DNA of 64,000 nt, from NCBI GenBank assembly GCA_951406725.2, contig CATOCA020000001.1, positions 4,154,001-4,218,000 of the forward strand, in the 5' to 3' direction. The notes below the pieces were generated by a model, which did no database searches, was not told the DNA's origin, and saw only the letters and a program-made list of their open reading frames with translations. The stretch comes from Octopus vulgaris (lineage: Eukaryota). Made by a program: the position numbers and the translations under genes. This document shows, in pieces, positions 1 through 13,635 of the stretch (its first letter is position 1; each line of letters begins with the position of its first letter).

Positions 1-550
1 ACTGAACTTAGAGAGAAGAAAAAATGAATTCAGTATTTATTAAGGATTTGTTAAATATTTTATTTTAGGATATTCACAATTATGCATAAAAGGCAAAATA
101 ATAATTTTCAGTCAGTGATGCACAGCACCTCAGAAGCAATATACATATGTGCATATATGAATATGGGTGAAAAATATGTGTGAATATCCCTTTCTCTCTA
201 TCTTTAAACTACTTGGTCAGGGTGCAGTACAAATAAAAGACCACTGAAACAAAAATATATCAATTTATTTGAAAGCTAGAAAAAGCAAAATGCTGTAAAT
301 AAGATGTTGGTAGAGGAGGAGTGTGAGAAAATAAATACAGAATGAAAGGAAGAAGATTAATTTAAGCCACAGCACAGGAAGTTATGACATGACAGCCATG
401 GAAACAGCTTTATGGTGGTGACATCGAGCGGATAAATGGGTGCGTAGCAATGGGATTTGGGAAATAATCCCAGGCACTCATTTATAACTTTCATGGGTTG
501 TTAAGGAAAGTATGAACCCACTCTCATATAAGTATGTACGTTTGCGAGTG

Positions 551-626
<76 letters not shown>

Positions 627-805
627 GAAATATGTAATGTGTGAATATAGAGGTGTGCATGTGCACATATCTTTGTGTGTATATACACTTATGTTGAAAT
701 ATATGTTTCTGCGCGCGTCTCGATGTGTACCAAAACTAAGAACGGACTTGAATATATCATCGTATCTGTCTCTCTATACATATGCATACATTGCTTTTAA
801 TTGCG

Positions 806-1066
806 TTAATCATTTGACTGTGACCAGACTGGAGCAACACTTTCAAGGTTTGACTGGAGCAAATCAATGTAACTACTTATTTTTAATCCTGGTTCTTATC
901 CCCACGGTTCTGTTTTTACTAAACAGATCGGTACGGGGACGTAAACAAACTAACGTCGATGGCCAAGCAGTGGTGGAGGACAATGACACCTCCACATATA
1001 CAAAAGAGAGTCTACTTTCAGATGCTGTCAACCAAATTCCTCTGAAGTCAATAGCTCGGATCCATA
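806..1066 (-). mobile_element. Old, diverged tRNA-derived SINE (family A), 3' part; interrupted by younger SINEs
   Basis: CATTTGACTG..CTGGAGCA and ACGGGGACGTAAACA are the reverse complement of the family A body at 1560-1750. The alignment resumes at 1780. Confidence 0.7.
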
Positions 1067-1779
<713 letters not shown>

Positions 1780-1784
<5 letters not shown>

Positions 1785-1872
1785 AGACCCTTGACCAAGT
1801 TATAACACCGAGGAACCGAACCTGGAATCATGTGGTTGTAAACGAGACCGTCCACTTCACTGCAGTTGTGCT
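1780..1872 (-). mobile_element. Old SINE family A, 5' head (continuation of 806-1066)
   Basis: GTAGAAGACCCTTGACCAAG..GAACCTGGAATCATGTGGTTG matches the reverse complement of the family A head. Confidence 0.7.
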
Positions 1873-1953
1873 ACGCTTGGATGTCACCGATCGTAGTAGA
1901 ACACAGCTCCTTATCAAGTGTCTCTCTCTTTAATGATACTTTGATATATATGT

Positions 1954-2002
<49 letters not shown>

Positions 2003-2154
2003 ATGGCTGTGTGGTAAGTAACTTGCGTACCAACCACATGGTGCCGGGTTCAGTCCCACTGCGTGGCAGCTTGGGAAGTGTCCACTACTATAGCCTCGGG
2101 CCGACCAAAACCTTATGACTGTATTTGGTAGACGGAAACTGAAAGAATCCTGTC

Positions 2155-2156
<2 letters not shown>
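2003..2156 (+). mobile_element. SINE family A, 5' half
   Basis: Same head sequence as 1067-1237, embedded in (TA)n. Confidence 0.85.
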
Positions 2157-2214
<58 letters not shown>

Positions 2215-2280
2215 GACAGGATTCTTATATATATATATATATATATATACGAGAGGATTCTTTATATACATATTCACACC

Positions 2281-2312
<32 letters not shown>

Positions 2313-2344
2313 ATTATACATACATATATGTATGCATGTATATA

Positions 2345-3200
2345 GTTCAGACTCCTGCCTATAGAAGCCACTTGAACAATCCTCGGGCATCAGTTTTCGC
2401 AATTGGCGTCATTCCGGCATCATCGTACAATGTCGTTCTGCGTCGACTTCGATCGCTGTGCATCAGCACTCACTTTCTCTCGGTGCTTCCACAAATATAT
2501 GAGTAGACCAAAGGCAATGATCTGGGTTAGATATTTAGTTCTAAATGTGCCCCTGACGTCGACTTTTGACTCCACAATGTATCGGTCGTTTCTGCAATTC
2601 ACAACGGCGTCCACTTTGAAGATCTCATCAGAGAAATAACCCTAACCCTAACTTGTTCTTCTTGAGGCATGTGAAAATGTTTTTGCACCTTTCAAGTCTC
2701 CCGGGTTTCATAAGTTCTGTCCACATATTCCTCGGTTTTCTGGTGTAAGACTTGTGGCCCAAGTTATCATTCACAGTTATTCTGATGGTCTCGCGGTCCA
2801 CATCAATTGCAGAAGCCAGCTTCCTCATGGTTGTGGTTGGGTCCGTTGAAATTTTGGACTGAAGGGTTTTGATGAAGTCTTGAGTACGCTTCATGTTGGC
2901 CCCACCGCTGCCAGACTTCCTCTCACTCTGGTTGCCTACGTGCCTTATCTTCTTGACGTTATAAAGCGTGCGTAAGGATACCCTATGTTTGTGATCCTCT
3001 TAGATCCGCCTTGAGCACGGACCAAATCACATACTCATTGGCCTTCGTCTTCCTGCGCAGGTATCATCTCCAATATTTCTGCAAAAAAATTCGCTTATTA
3101 TTAGCTAACACTGTATTGTTTGTTCTTCATTAGCTTTCATATCATTTGGTGTTGTGGTTGTTGTGAAATATTAGCAATTTCTGCTTCCTCACATGATTTC
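2345..3200 (-). mobile_element. Decayed Tc1/mariner DNA transposon (DD37D/maT-like transposase fragment)
   Basis: Broken frames read ..RKSGSGG..KRTQDFIKTLQSKISTDPTTTMRKLA..RLERCK..FSDEIFKVDAVVNCRNDRY.., i.e. HTH plus the first catalytic Asp motif. Stops and frameshifts; C-terminal half missing. Subfamily call is from memory. Confidence 0.75.
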
Positions 3201-3210
3201 AAGCTGTGAA

Positions 3211-3542
3211 GGCGCGTGGCTCAGTGGTTAGAGCGTCGAGCTTACGATCGTGAGGTTGTGAGCTCGAATCCCGGACCGGGCTGCGTGTTGTGTTCTTGAG
3301 CAAGACACTTTATTTCACGTTGCTCCAGTTCACTCAGCTGTAGAAATGAGTTGCGACGTCACAGGTGCCAAGCTGTATCGACCTTTGCCTTTCCCTTGGA
3401 TAACACTGGTGGCGTGCAGAGGGGGGGCGGTATGCATGGGCGACTGCTGGTCTTCCATGAAACAACCTTGCCCAGACTTGTGCCTCAGAGAGTAACTCTC
3501 TAGGTGCAAACCCATGGTCAGTGTCTGACCGAAGGGGGTCAC
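3211..3542 (+). mobile_element. tRNA-derived SINE family B
   Basis: GGCGCGTGGCTCAGTGGTTAGAGCG (A box) and CTCGAATCCC (B box), followed by the non-tRNA body TTGTGTTCTTGAGCAAGACACT typical of SINE central domains. Confidence 0.8.
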
Positions 3543-3908
3543 TATGTCACTATTCCTATGATTCCAAGCTATGATATTTGGTAATATATAAATATAAAAG
3601 GTATAACTTAAACTGGACCGGTTTTATGAAGATTCGTTTTGGGATGAAATAAAATCACTTGACAGAATTTAGAGACAATAAAAAATGATTTGAAAATTAC
3701 GGGATTTATTTTTGATTTGTTAAATATTTTACTTTACAATATTCACCATTATTCGTAGAGGACAAAATAATAATTTCCAATCATCTGATGGACAGCACTC
3801 CAGAAGTCGGAGGGCTAGCAAAACTCACCAAGAAAAGCTTCAATCTCAAGGAAAAAGCGAAAGGAGGTTGGTGTCTCAAGCCAATAGAAAAGGCAACGTA
3901 TATATAGT

Positions 3909-3961
<53 letters not shown>

Positions 3962-3963
<2 letters not shown>

Positions 3964-4538
3964 CGCAGGAGTGGCTGTGTGGTAAGTAGCTAGCTAACCA
4001 ACCACATGGTTCCGGGTTCAGTCCCACTGCGTGGCATCTTGGGTAAGTGTCTTTCGCTATAGCCCCGGGCCGACCAATGCCTTGTGAGTGGATTTGATAG
4101 ACGGAAACTGAAAGAAGACCGTCGTATATATGTATGTATATATATATATATATATATAATATAATTCGAGACAAAACCACTATTTTAAAACCAAACAAGG
4201 AAAGACTTAATCAATACATAAACTTTTAATATAAATAAACAAATGTTTCATGTCTGCTCCAATCTTCAGGTGGATTTTCGATCTTCTAATCAGTATCAAA
4301 TTTATATATATATGTGTGTGTGTGTATGTTTGTGTGTCTATGTTTGTCCCCCTAGCATTGCTTGACAACCGATGCTTGTGTGCTTACGTCCCCGTCTCTT
4401 AGCAGTTCGGCAGAAGAGACCGATAGAATAAGTACTGGGCTTACAAAGAATAAGTCGCGGGGTCGATTTGCTCGTCTAAAGGCGGTGCTCCGGCATGGCC
4501 GCAGTCAAATGACTGAAACAAGTAATAGAGTAAAGAGT
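3962..4538 (+). mobile_element. SINE family A, full length, with a ~150-bp insertion in its internal (TA)n
   Basis: Head 3962-4140 and body 4310-4538 match 1350-1752; foreign sequence at 4160-4300. Confidence 0.85.
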
Positions 4539-4549
4539 ATATATATCAT

Positions 4550-4700
4550 ATATAATCAAAATAAGGAACAAGGATATCCAGAGGTAATGCAGTACGATCG
4601 TTTCATGCGACTCCATTTAATTGAACAAAGTATGTACTACATCAGTTTTAAAATGTACGGTAATCTTCAGGTGCATACAAATATAGAATTTAGTTAAATT
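4550..4700 (-). mobile_element. Possible Penelope-like terminal-repeat fragment with degenerate hammerhead-like motif
   Basis: Minus strand reads ATGCAC-CTGAAGA-(~60 nt)-GAAA-CGATCG-TA-CTGCAT. Confidence 0.35.
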
Positions 4701-5456
4701 TAAAAGATTCATTTTTATAGTCATTCCATTAACCGAAATCACAAAGAGGGTAAGTAGGTAGACAGAGAGACAAGTTTCATCAACAAAAAACATAGTAGTA
4801 ACTAATACTATGTTTTTGTTGATGAAACTTGTTTCGAACCCATTTTCCGCGCTTAAATTACAAATTCGCTTCCACTTTATCATGTTGAAAATTTGATTGA
4901 AATCCGGCAAAATGTGTCCAATCTAGACCCACCAGTGTCCCCCCCAAATCAATAAAATCCCAGTTTTTACAGCAAAGCAACCACTGTAGCGCCCCAAAAC
5001 GTCTCCCAATCAATTTCTCCCTTCAAGTTACCCCCTACTGTAAATACTAATCCCCTTCCAGCCCCATTTAAACTCCTTTTTACATAAAAATCCAGTTTGT
5101 ATCAACGTTCGCCTTTTTCATTTTGCCTCATCCCGCCTTCTATGCCTGTGCCAATTTTCAGCTCGATCCGACCACTGGTCTGGCCCCCGACCTCTGACGT
5201 AGCCAAATGTGTGCACAATTTTGAGCCAAAGCCTCTTTTGTATATATCGACAAGAGGAGAGACCACTCAGTGGATCCCTTATATGCTAAAAATAATATTA
5301 ATTTCTACTCCTTTTATCTTTTATCATGCTTTGCTACCTTTCATACCTTCAGGTTTGGTGAAATTAGTTTTAAAATTATTAATTGCTTTTTTACTACCTT
5401 TTTGATTTCTTTATGTTCGATTGAATTAACAGATAAATCTCGCGCTCGTATGCACG

Positions 5457-5488
<32 letters not shown>

Positions 5489-5502
5489 TGCACACACTCA
5501 CG

Positions 5503-5538
<36 letters not shown>

Positions 5539-5944
5539 GGCACACACGCATGCGCACGCACATATTATTTCGCAACAGATAAGTAATCTTGATATTTATG
5601 TTTAGTCGTTACTTGTAAATGAAATCATTGAAACTACTGAGTTGTTCCCCTTGCAACGTATCTATTTCTGAATGCTGAAATACTAAAAAAACATCACCCT
5701 TTTTGCCATAACAACCACGTCTTTATAGCTTGCGAATTTTAACCATCACGGGTCTCATCCTCACCACGCATTTAGTATCCCTGCCTATTTTCAGCTGGGT
5801 CCTAGCTTCGGTTTGGCCGCCATTAAACGTCAAAGCAAAATGTACATACGATTTTCGTCCAAGGACAGTTTTATAGATATCGATTATAGTCCATTGTTGT
5901 TATTATAGTATATTGCTGTGCCAATATATATATATATGGGGGCG

Positions 5945-6213
5945 GGGGCATATGACATAGTGGTTAGAGCAGGGGACTCGTGCGGAAGAGGGATCGCGGG
6001 CTCGAATCTCAGACCGGGCGATGTGTGTGTTTATGAGCGAAGCACCTAAACCCCACGTGGCTCCGGCAGAAGGTGATGGCGAACTTCTGCTGACTCTTTC
6101 GCCACAACGTTCTCTCACTCTTTCCTCCTGCATCTAGCAACTCACCAGGTGGGGAACCTATTCGCCAATGAAACCGGAAACCGGCCCTTATCAAATGGAA
6201 CAAACAATAACAA
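5945..6213 (+). mobile_element. tRNA-derived SINE family C
   Basis: GGGGCATATGACATAGTGGTTAGAGC (A box) and GGCTCGAATCT (B box), unrelated body, (ACA)-rich tail. Confidence 0.7.
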
Positions 6214-6240
6214 GAGCATTTATATATATATATATATAAA

Positions 6241-6271
<31 letters not shown>

Positions 6272-6304
6272 ATATATATGTATATGTGAATATATATATA
6301 TATA

Positions 6305-6650
6305 TTCTTTTACCTGTTTCAGTCATTTGACTGCGGCCATGCAGGAGCACCGCCTTTAGCCGAACAAATCTTCCCCAGGACTTAGTTGTAAGTCTGATAC
6401 TTATTCTATCGGTCTCCCTTGCCGTACCACTAAGTTACGGGGACGTAAACACACCAAGCGACACAAACACTCAGACACACACGCACACATTTGTATATAT
6501 TTCGGTTTCCGTCTACCCAATCCATTCACAAGGCGTTGGTCGGATCGAGGCTATAGTAGAAGACACTTTCCCAAACTGCCATGCAGAGGGACTGAAGCCT
6601 CAGCCACGTGGTTGGTAAGCAAGGTACTTACCACACAGCTACTCCTGCAT
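6305..6650 (-). mobile_element. SINE family A, near full length
   Basis: Reverse complement of 1350-1752 (TGTTTCAGTCATTTGACTGCGGCCATG..CTTACCACACAGC). Confidence 0.85.
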
Positions 6651-6817
6651 ATATACACAAACGTGTGTGTCAATGCACTCATACACACACACATGCGCCT
6701 ACACACACACACATGTGCATGTTTGTATGTGTATATACTTACATTATATAGGAACGGACTTGAATGTGTGTGTGTGTGTGTGTGTATATACTTACATTAA
6801 ATAGGAAATCGTTGCAT

Positions 6818-7147
6818 GTACTTATTCTTAAAGCTGGCCCTTATCCTATGGGTCCCTGTATTCTGAACATTTACATTATGAGGACGTAAACATAAGATCA
6901 TCGGTTGTCATTCTGTTGTGGATGACTAAGACACACACACACACACACACACACGCAAGCGCACCTAAACACACTCACAGACGACAGACGACTTTCAGTC
7001 ATTTTCTATCGAATTCACTCATAAGTCATTAGTCCGTGACTATAGTAGAAGGCCCCCGTTCAAGTTACCACACTGTGGGATTGAACCTCGAACCATGTGC
7101 TTGTAAAGCAAACTTATTTTCACGTTTCCACACCATCACCTGCCTAT
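6818..7147 (-). mobile_element. Old SINE family A copy
   Basis: Diverged match: GGACGTAAACA, CTATAGTAGAAG, GAACCATGTG. Confidence 0.65.
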
Positions 7148-7149
7148 TT

Positions 7150-7372
<223 letters not shown>

Positions 7373-8588
7373 TGGTGTGGTCGCCAACAGTGGACAGTTG
7401 TGGTCGCCGTTTGTGAGGCACGCTTTCCCGCAACTCCTGTCCATGACCGAACTGCAGTCGTGGATCAAAAAGAGGCCGAGGAAGGGCGATGGCACCGCGG
7501 GTGTCGCGTTGCTCTCAAGCAACTCTGCCGTCCCGGGTCGACCTTGAGTGACTCCAACACGACCCAAGCATTCTATAAAGGATTAGTGGAGGGGAGGTAC
7601 GACGACGAGCTCGGGGCGAACCTGGACGTCGACGAGGAATACCTGACCCGCCTATTTAGGACGATTTTCGGGCCAGGGCCCATGGACAACTTCCAGAGAT
7701 CCCTGGCCTAGCAGTGCTACCGGGAAGCGCTACCCATTCGGGATAAGCTCTACAGACACGGCTCGAGAAACACGGGGCCGACCTGCCCGAGATGCGGTCA
7801 GAGCGACAAAACCGTTCTGCACGCACTCGTGCAGTGTCCAACAATTTCCTACCTGTGGGCTTATGTCGAACAACTGCTGTCACGTGTGGGACGAGTCGGT
7901 TTATCAGCTGAGTCTATCGTCAATATTGTCACGCCTCCTTCCTTCAAACGAGAAGGAAGAGCTATTTTCATCATCCTTGTGGCTATGGCGAAAGAATGTA
8001 TCTGGTTCACGCGTCTGAAAGGATTGGAGACAAACACTTTCCTCTCTGGTCAATCTCTCATCAACTTTTTCAAATATCACTTGAAATGGAAAGTGAGAGT
8101 AGAGAGGTAAGTTTTGTCTAGCGAACGTTTTAAAAAAGAGATGGGTGACTTTAGCAAGGATGGCACGTATGAATGACCAAGCCACCTTGAGCATAATCCT
8201 ATGAACCCAGAAATTGAAAACAGAGGATTACCCACTTGCAAACAAATGTGGTAACATATAACAATATTGACCGAGGTTACCGTTGTATTTTCCTAGGCTT
8301 TTCTTCCCACGGATAAACCTTATCTGCCTACCCCTTTACACCGTACATCATGATACTGTGATACACGATCCCTATTGATTGTTTATTTTCCTCTTCCCCT
8401 TTTTCCTCTTTTCTCTTCTTTTTTCATTCCTTTTGTTTCTTTTCCTTTTTTTATCTTTTTCCTTTTCTCCCTTTTACGATCCCTTTTGATCGAAAACCTA
8501 CGCCACTTTTTTTTCTTCCCCCAAAAGAAAAGCTCTGCCTTGTAATTTGTCCCATCTGTGTGCAGCCCTGTGTGGCTAATAAAGAAAC
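7373..8588 (+). mobile_element. 5'-truncated Tx1/L1-type non-LTR retrotransposon (ORF2 C-terminus and 3'UTR)
   Basis: One frame reads ..NFQRSLA*QCYREALPIRDKL..TCPRCGQSDKTVLHALVQCP..LW.., the zf-RVT CCHC knuckle. In-frame stops, T-rich 3'UTR, AATAAAGAAA end. Confidence 0.85.
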
Positions 8589-8732
8589 TTATCTATCTAT
8601 CTACCTATCTACCTATCTATTGATGTCAATCTCTCTACGTCTCAGTTACTCTCTCTCCCTCTCCCTCTCTCTCTCTCTCTGTCTCTCTTTTTTCCCTTAT
8701 TATATATATATATCGCTATATAACTCCGGCTT

Positions 8733-8964
8733 AATTGTTTATTGCCTACAAGGGGCTAAACATAGAGGGGACGAACAAGGACAGACAAACGGATTAAGTC
8801 GATTTCATCGACCCCAGTGCGTAACTGGTACTTATTTAATCGACCCCGAAATGATGAAAGGCGAAGTCCACTTCGGCGGAATTTGAACTCAGAACGTAAC
8901 GGTGGACGAAATGCCACAAAGCATTTGGTCCGGCGTGCTAACGTTTCTGCCAGCTCGCCGCCTT
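8733..8964 (-). mobile_element. tRNA-derived SINE with Nin-like central domain (family D)
   Basis: Minus strand GGCGGCGAGCTGGCAGAAACGTTAGC..GAGTTCAAATTCC..GCCTTTCATCATTTCGGGGTCGATTAAATAAGTACCAG. The Nin-domain match is from memory. Confidence 0.75.
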
Positions 8965-8969
8965 CTTAT

Positions 8970-11027
8970 TGATTCTCTTACCTCACACACTGTTTTCCTC
9001 ACATCCGCTTTCTCCTCTCTCTCTCTCTCTCTCTTTCCTACCCTCTCTCCCTCTCTCTCTCTCTCTCTATTCCTCGCATCTACATCATATATTCGAGTTA
9101 TCCCTCTTTCTCTCCTTTCTCTCACCATCTCGTTACACATTCATTTCAATCTCTCCACCTCCCTTGCTACATCACTTACCTTATCCTCTCCCTCACTTGC
9201 CGCAACTCTATGTCTCATGCTCACCCCCTCTCTTTCTCTGTTACCCCCATGCATTAACCTATCACATCCCGCCCTCTCCCTTCCCCCCCCCCCACCGCAT
9301 TATACATTACCCTTTCCCTCTTCCTTTAATTTTATTTCTCAGACGCTTCTGTCCTAATAAATTATATTTTCAGATTTGCCTTAAAATTGTTTTCTTGTTT
9401 ACGTTGATTACTAACTAATTAATTATTTAATTAATTTAATGAAAATAGTTCAGTCATTGAAGGACAATTTAAGAAACCTTTATTAAAAGAACTGTTTTAT
9501 AGAGGACTTCACATCATGCTAGAAATAACTGTCAAGTGCACAGAAATGTGTGTTCTTTTTCATAGAGAACTGAAAGGTCTTAAAGAATCATAAATCTGCC
9601 CCCGTCAAAGTGGTCAGTATTGATGCTGAAAACACAAACCAAGGGACTTCAAATTCACTTTGTTTATCCTTTTTTATGTATGTAAGTGAAGGATAACTTC
9701 AGAAAACTTTATGAAGCAATCTGACCCCTATATTGTCTCGCATCATTCAAGAAAGACCAACGATGCTTCGTATTGTTCTACAGGTGGTCCGGTATCTTGC
9801 TAGAAATAATAGCTCATTGTATTATTTTCATGCACGACTGAAGGATACTTTAAAAAGCATCTGGAGAAATATTGTCCTTCTGCTGGTCTTACGTGATGCT
9901 AGAAATAACAGCCGCGTACGTTAAAATTTTGTATTGTTTTCCTATAAGAAGTAAGGACACTTAAAAAACCCTCTACACACACACACATATCCTTCGCTGT
10001 GCTTCTCCAATTCTTTCACTCCCTCTCTCAACCGATACACTCCCTCTCCCATCGTTGTCTCAGAAGAGACCCCCCCTCTCTCTCTCACTCTCTCCCTCTT
10101 TACCACCTCATATATCATAATATCCCTCTACTTCTTTTGCTTTCTCGCCCACGTCAATCCCTCCTCCCTCAATTTCCAAACCTCTCTCTCTCCCCCCACC
10201 TCATTATATAATGCTCTATGACCACGCCTTCTTTGCTTTTATCTCTTACCTCATACTTTCCCTCTTTTGCTAAGCTTATATATCCCTCTTTACTCCCTTT
10301 CTATCTCTCTCTCTATCAATCTCTCTCTCTCTATCACTCTCTTACTCTCTATCACTCTCTATCTCTCTCTCTCTGTCGCTTTGTCTGTCTCATTATTTGC
10401 CTCTCTCCTTCTCACTCTCTTTTCTTACTCTCTCTCTCTCTCTCTCTCTATCTTCCAACCCCTGTCACTGTCACTCCCCCTCTCTCTCTCTCTTACCTCA
10501 TTATATATTAACTCTCCGCCTATTTTCTCCTTGTCTCTCAACTCCTACTCTCCCTCTCTATCAATTATGTTTTGTTCTAATCCTCTCTCTCTCTCCTTCT
10601 TACTCTCCATCTTTCTCCCTGTCTTTCCGTCTCACGCTTTTTCTCCCACTCACTCTCCCTCCTCCTCTCTTCAAAGAACGAAAGAATCACTTCGACTTTC
10701 TTTCTTTCTTTCTTTCTTTCCTTTCTTTCTTTTTTTCTTTCTTTCTTTCCTTTCCTTTCCTTCTTTCTTTCTTCCTTTCATTCTTTCCTCCTTTCTTTCT
10801 TTCTTTCTTTCTTTTTTTCTTTCTTTCTTTCTTCTTGTTTCTTTATCTTTTTTAGCCTTTGTTTCTTTTTTTTTCCTTTACATATTTTTCTTTCCTTGTT
10901 TTCTTGTTCTTTCTTTCTTTCCTCTTTCGTTTTATCCTTCTTTCTTTCTCTCTTTCCTTTTTCTATTTGTCTCTAGCCTTGTTTCCTTCTTTCATTCATT
11001 CTTTCTCTCTTACTATCTTCTATTCTC

Positions 11028-11066
<39 letters not shown>

Positions 11067-11820
11067 ATTTGTCTCTAGCCTTGTTTCCTTCTTTCATTCA
11101 TTCTTTCTCTCTTACTATCTTCTATTCTCTCTCTCTCTCTCTCTCTTTCTTTCTCTCTTTCTTTCTTTCTATTTGTCTCTAGCCTTGTTTCCTTCTTTCA
11201 TTCATTCTTTCTCTCTTACTATCTTCTATTCTCTCTCTCTCTCTCTTTCTCTCTTTCTCTCTTTCCTTCTTTCTTTCTTTCTTTCTATTTGTCTCTAGCC
11301 TTGTTTCCTTCTTTCATTCATTCTTTCTCTCTTACTGTCTTCTATTCTCTCTCTCTCTCCTTCCCTTCTTTCTCTCTCTCATTCTCATCTCAGAATCACT
11401 TCACGTTTTTTTGTTTCTTTCCATCTTTCTTCCTCACTTTCTTGTTCTGTTTCTTTTTTCTTCCTTCGTTTCATTATTCCTTCCTTCCATCTTTTCTTTC
11501 TTTCTTTTTTCCTCCCATCCTTCCCTTCTTTCTTCTTTTCTCTCTTGATTTCCTTCTTTCTCGTTGTCTCTTCCTCCCTCTCTCCTCTCCCTTTCTCTTT
11601 TGTCATCTCTGTAACCCCATCTCTCTCTCTCTCTCTCTCTCTCCTTCAAACTCATCTCTTTGTCTCCCTCTTCTTCTCTCTCTTTAACTCTGACCCTTCC
11701 TGTATCTGACTGTCTGTCTGTCTACCTGTGTGTCTCTCTCTCCTTTTCTCTGCTTCTCTCTCTCTCTCTCTCTCACCTCATTATTGATTACTCTACCATT
11801 CTGCCTCTCTTCCCATTTAC
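8970..11820 (+). repeat. CT-rich composite low-complexity block with AT-rich TGCTAGAAATAAC modules
   Basis: Pyrimidine-rich + strand; inverted homology to 16060-20500. Confidence 0.7.
10960..11360. repeat. Tandem repeat, ~4 copies of ~100-120 bp
   Basis: TTTCTATTTGTCTCTAGCCTTGTTTCCTTCTTTCATTCATTC recurs near 10962, 11064, 11167 and 11283. Confidence 0.85.
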
Positions 11821-11829
11821 AAGTCTGAA

Positions 11830-13635
11830 ACCTATTTAGGGGTAATTTGGGGTCACTAAGTTTTAAAATTGCAATATTTTTCTTTTCTATCACATCACGT
11901 GATTTTTCCCTACGGACTGGTCCATATTAACCCACCCATAGCTCCATCTTTCAGAAATTTCTCGATGTGTTTTTGGTAGAGTAGCTTAGCAGTAAGAATC
12001 TCAGAGTCAGTTGAGCATTCAGTGAGTGAGGTTGTGACGCTCTGTTGGCCTCGTATACATACATGTATAGAAGTGTGTTTCCTAATATCTCTGTGCTTCA
12101 ACGCTCGGTCGTCTCAATCTGCTTTGTTAATCTCTTCTTACTATCAACAAATGTACAAAAGACATCATCGTTAAACATTTCTGTTGAATATTTATTTTAT
12201 CTAAGTATTTCGACATCTATTTAGACAAACCTAGATACATAAATATGCTCTTTGTTTTTTCTCTCTTTTCACATTTATCTCCTGAAATAATGCAGAGGTT
12301 CAGTAGCATGGTGTCATTGCGAAGGAAATGATTGAAATTCCCTGACACCTGTGGGTGTTTTACAGTATCAAGTCCAAGAATGAACATTGCTCAATTGACT
12401 TACCTGAAGATTAAAGTTGGAAATCGGTATAAATCATGGGTCCCGCTCAATATATGTAAACCCGGTGCCGAAAAACCTATGCCAATCGACAAAGGACTCA
12501 AACAAACAACTAACTTTTGGCATCCCTATGGCATGGTAAGAACCGAAGAACCATATTAAAGATTGCTACTTTTGTCTCACAAATTCTTCTGGTTATAGCA
12601 AGAGATTGCGACAGAACAAATCTGGATTCATCAAATCGTCCAATGTTTCACCCAGAACCCAGTTTCAAGGATCTACCGTCATTGCAAGATAAAACTGGTA
12701 TATGTGAAGTAGATGTAAAACATGAAGATGACAGTGATACAGACTTTGTAGTAACATCGACCAAAGAACGTGAAAACCAGGCAGAACTCAAGTATTTCGT
12801 TAGAGACCTAGGACTGTCACAAGAGTTATCGGAACTTATCTTCTAGGCTTAAAGAGAAGAATGTGTTGCAGAAACGTGACTTTTTATCAGAACAAAGAAA
12901 AAGTCCTCTTAGCATTCATTACAATTGAAAATTATTTTGTTTACTGTTGTGACGTGGCGGGACAGTTAAATGCGATGGGTGGTGGATACTATGACCGTAG
13001 TGAGTTTATAGATAGCTGAAAGAAGTGTCTAAAATGTTTGTTAGTCCATAATTGAAACTTGTTTGCTGCGCTTCCTATTGGTCACTCTGTGAACTTAAAA
13101 GAGAATTATGATCACATAAAAGTTGAATTAGATTTACCCAAATCTGATGAACACAAATGGGTCATATGTGTGGATCTAAAAATGCTCAACTTTTTACTTG
13201 GTCAACAAAGAGTTTACACAAAACATCCGTCTTTCCTGGGTTTATGCGATAACCAAACGAGAGACAATCATAGGGAGCCGGAAACTCTGGCAAGTAAGGA
13301 AAAGTTTGACTTCTGGAGAGAAGAATATCATACACGAAACACTTGTTGAGCGAGAGAAAATCATCTTCTCAACCCTTCATTTTAAACTAAGACTAATGAA
13401 GTAATATATCGAAGCTCTTAATGTGGAGAGTAGCTGTTTCAAATTCATATGTTTAGCATTTCCTGTGTTATGATAAAATAATGGATGGTGTTTTTTGATG
13501 GGTCACAAATCCGAAAGTTAATGAAATGCCAGACATTCTCGTGCTCGATGACTGACGTAGAAAAAAGAGCATGGGGTTCATTTGTGGCTGTTGTGAAAGG
13601 ATTCGTAGCGAGTGAAAAGGCTGAGAACTACAATA
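11830..13635 (+). mobile_element. Decayed DNA transposon, probably Chapaev3-like (CMC superfamily); transposase pseudogene
   Basis: Fragments KSWVP..IC, FGIPMAW*EPKNHIKDCYFC, FIDS, LPIGHSVNLKENY, WVICVDLKMLNFLLGQQ..YTKHP, TLHFKLRLMK, FDGSQIRKLM, EKRAWGSF. Many stops; truncated by a Penelope insertion. Superfamily call is from memory. Confidence 0.7.

Noticed and set aside
3211-3285. tRNA genes (also 5945 and 14758)
   Set aside because: A and B boxes are present, but there is no acceptor-stem closure and the sequence continues into SINE or pLTR bodies.
4700-5900. Possible non-autonomous Helitron-like element
   Set aside because: I could not define termini, a hairpin or TIRs from this single copy.
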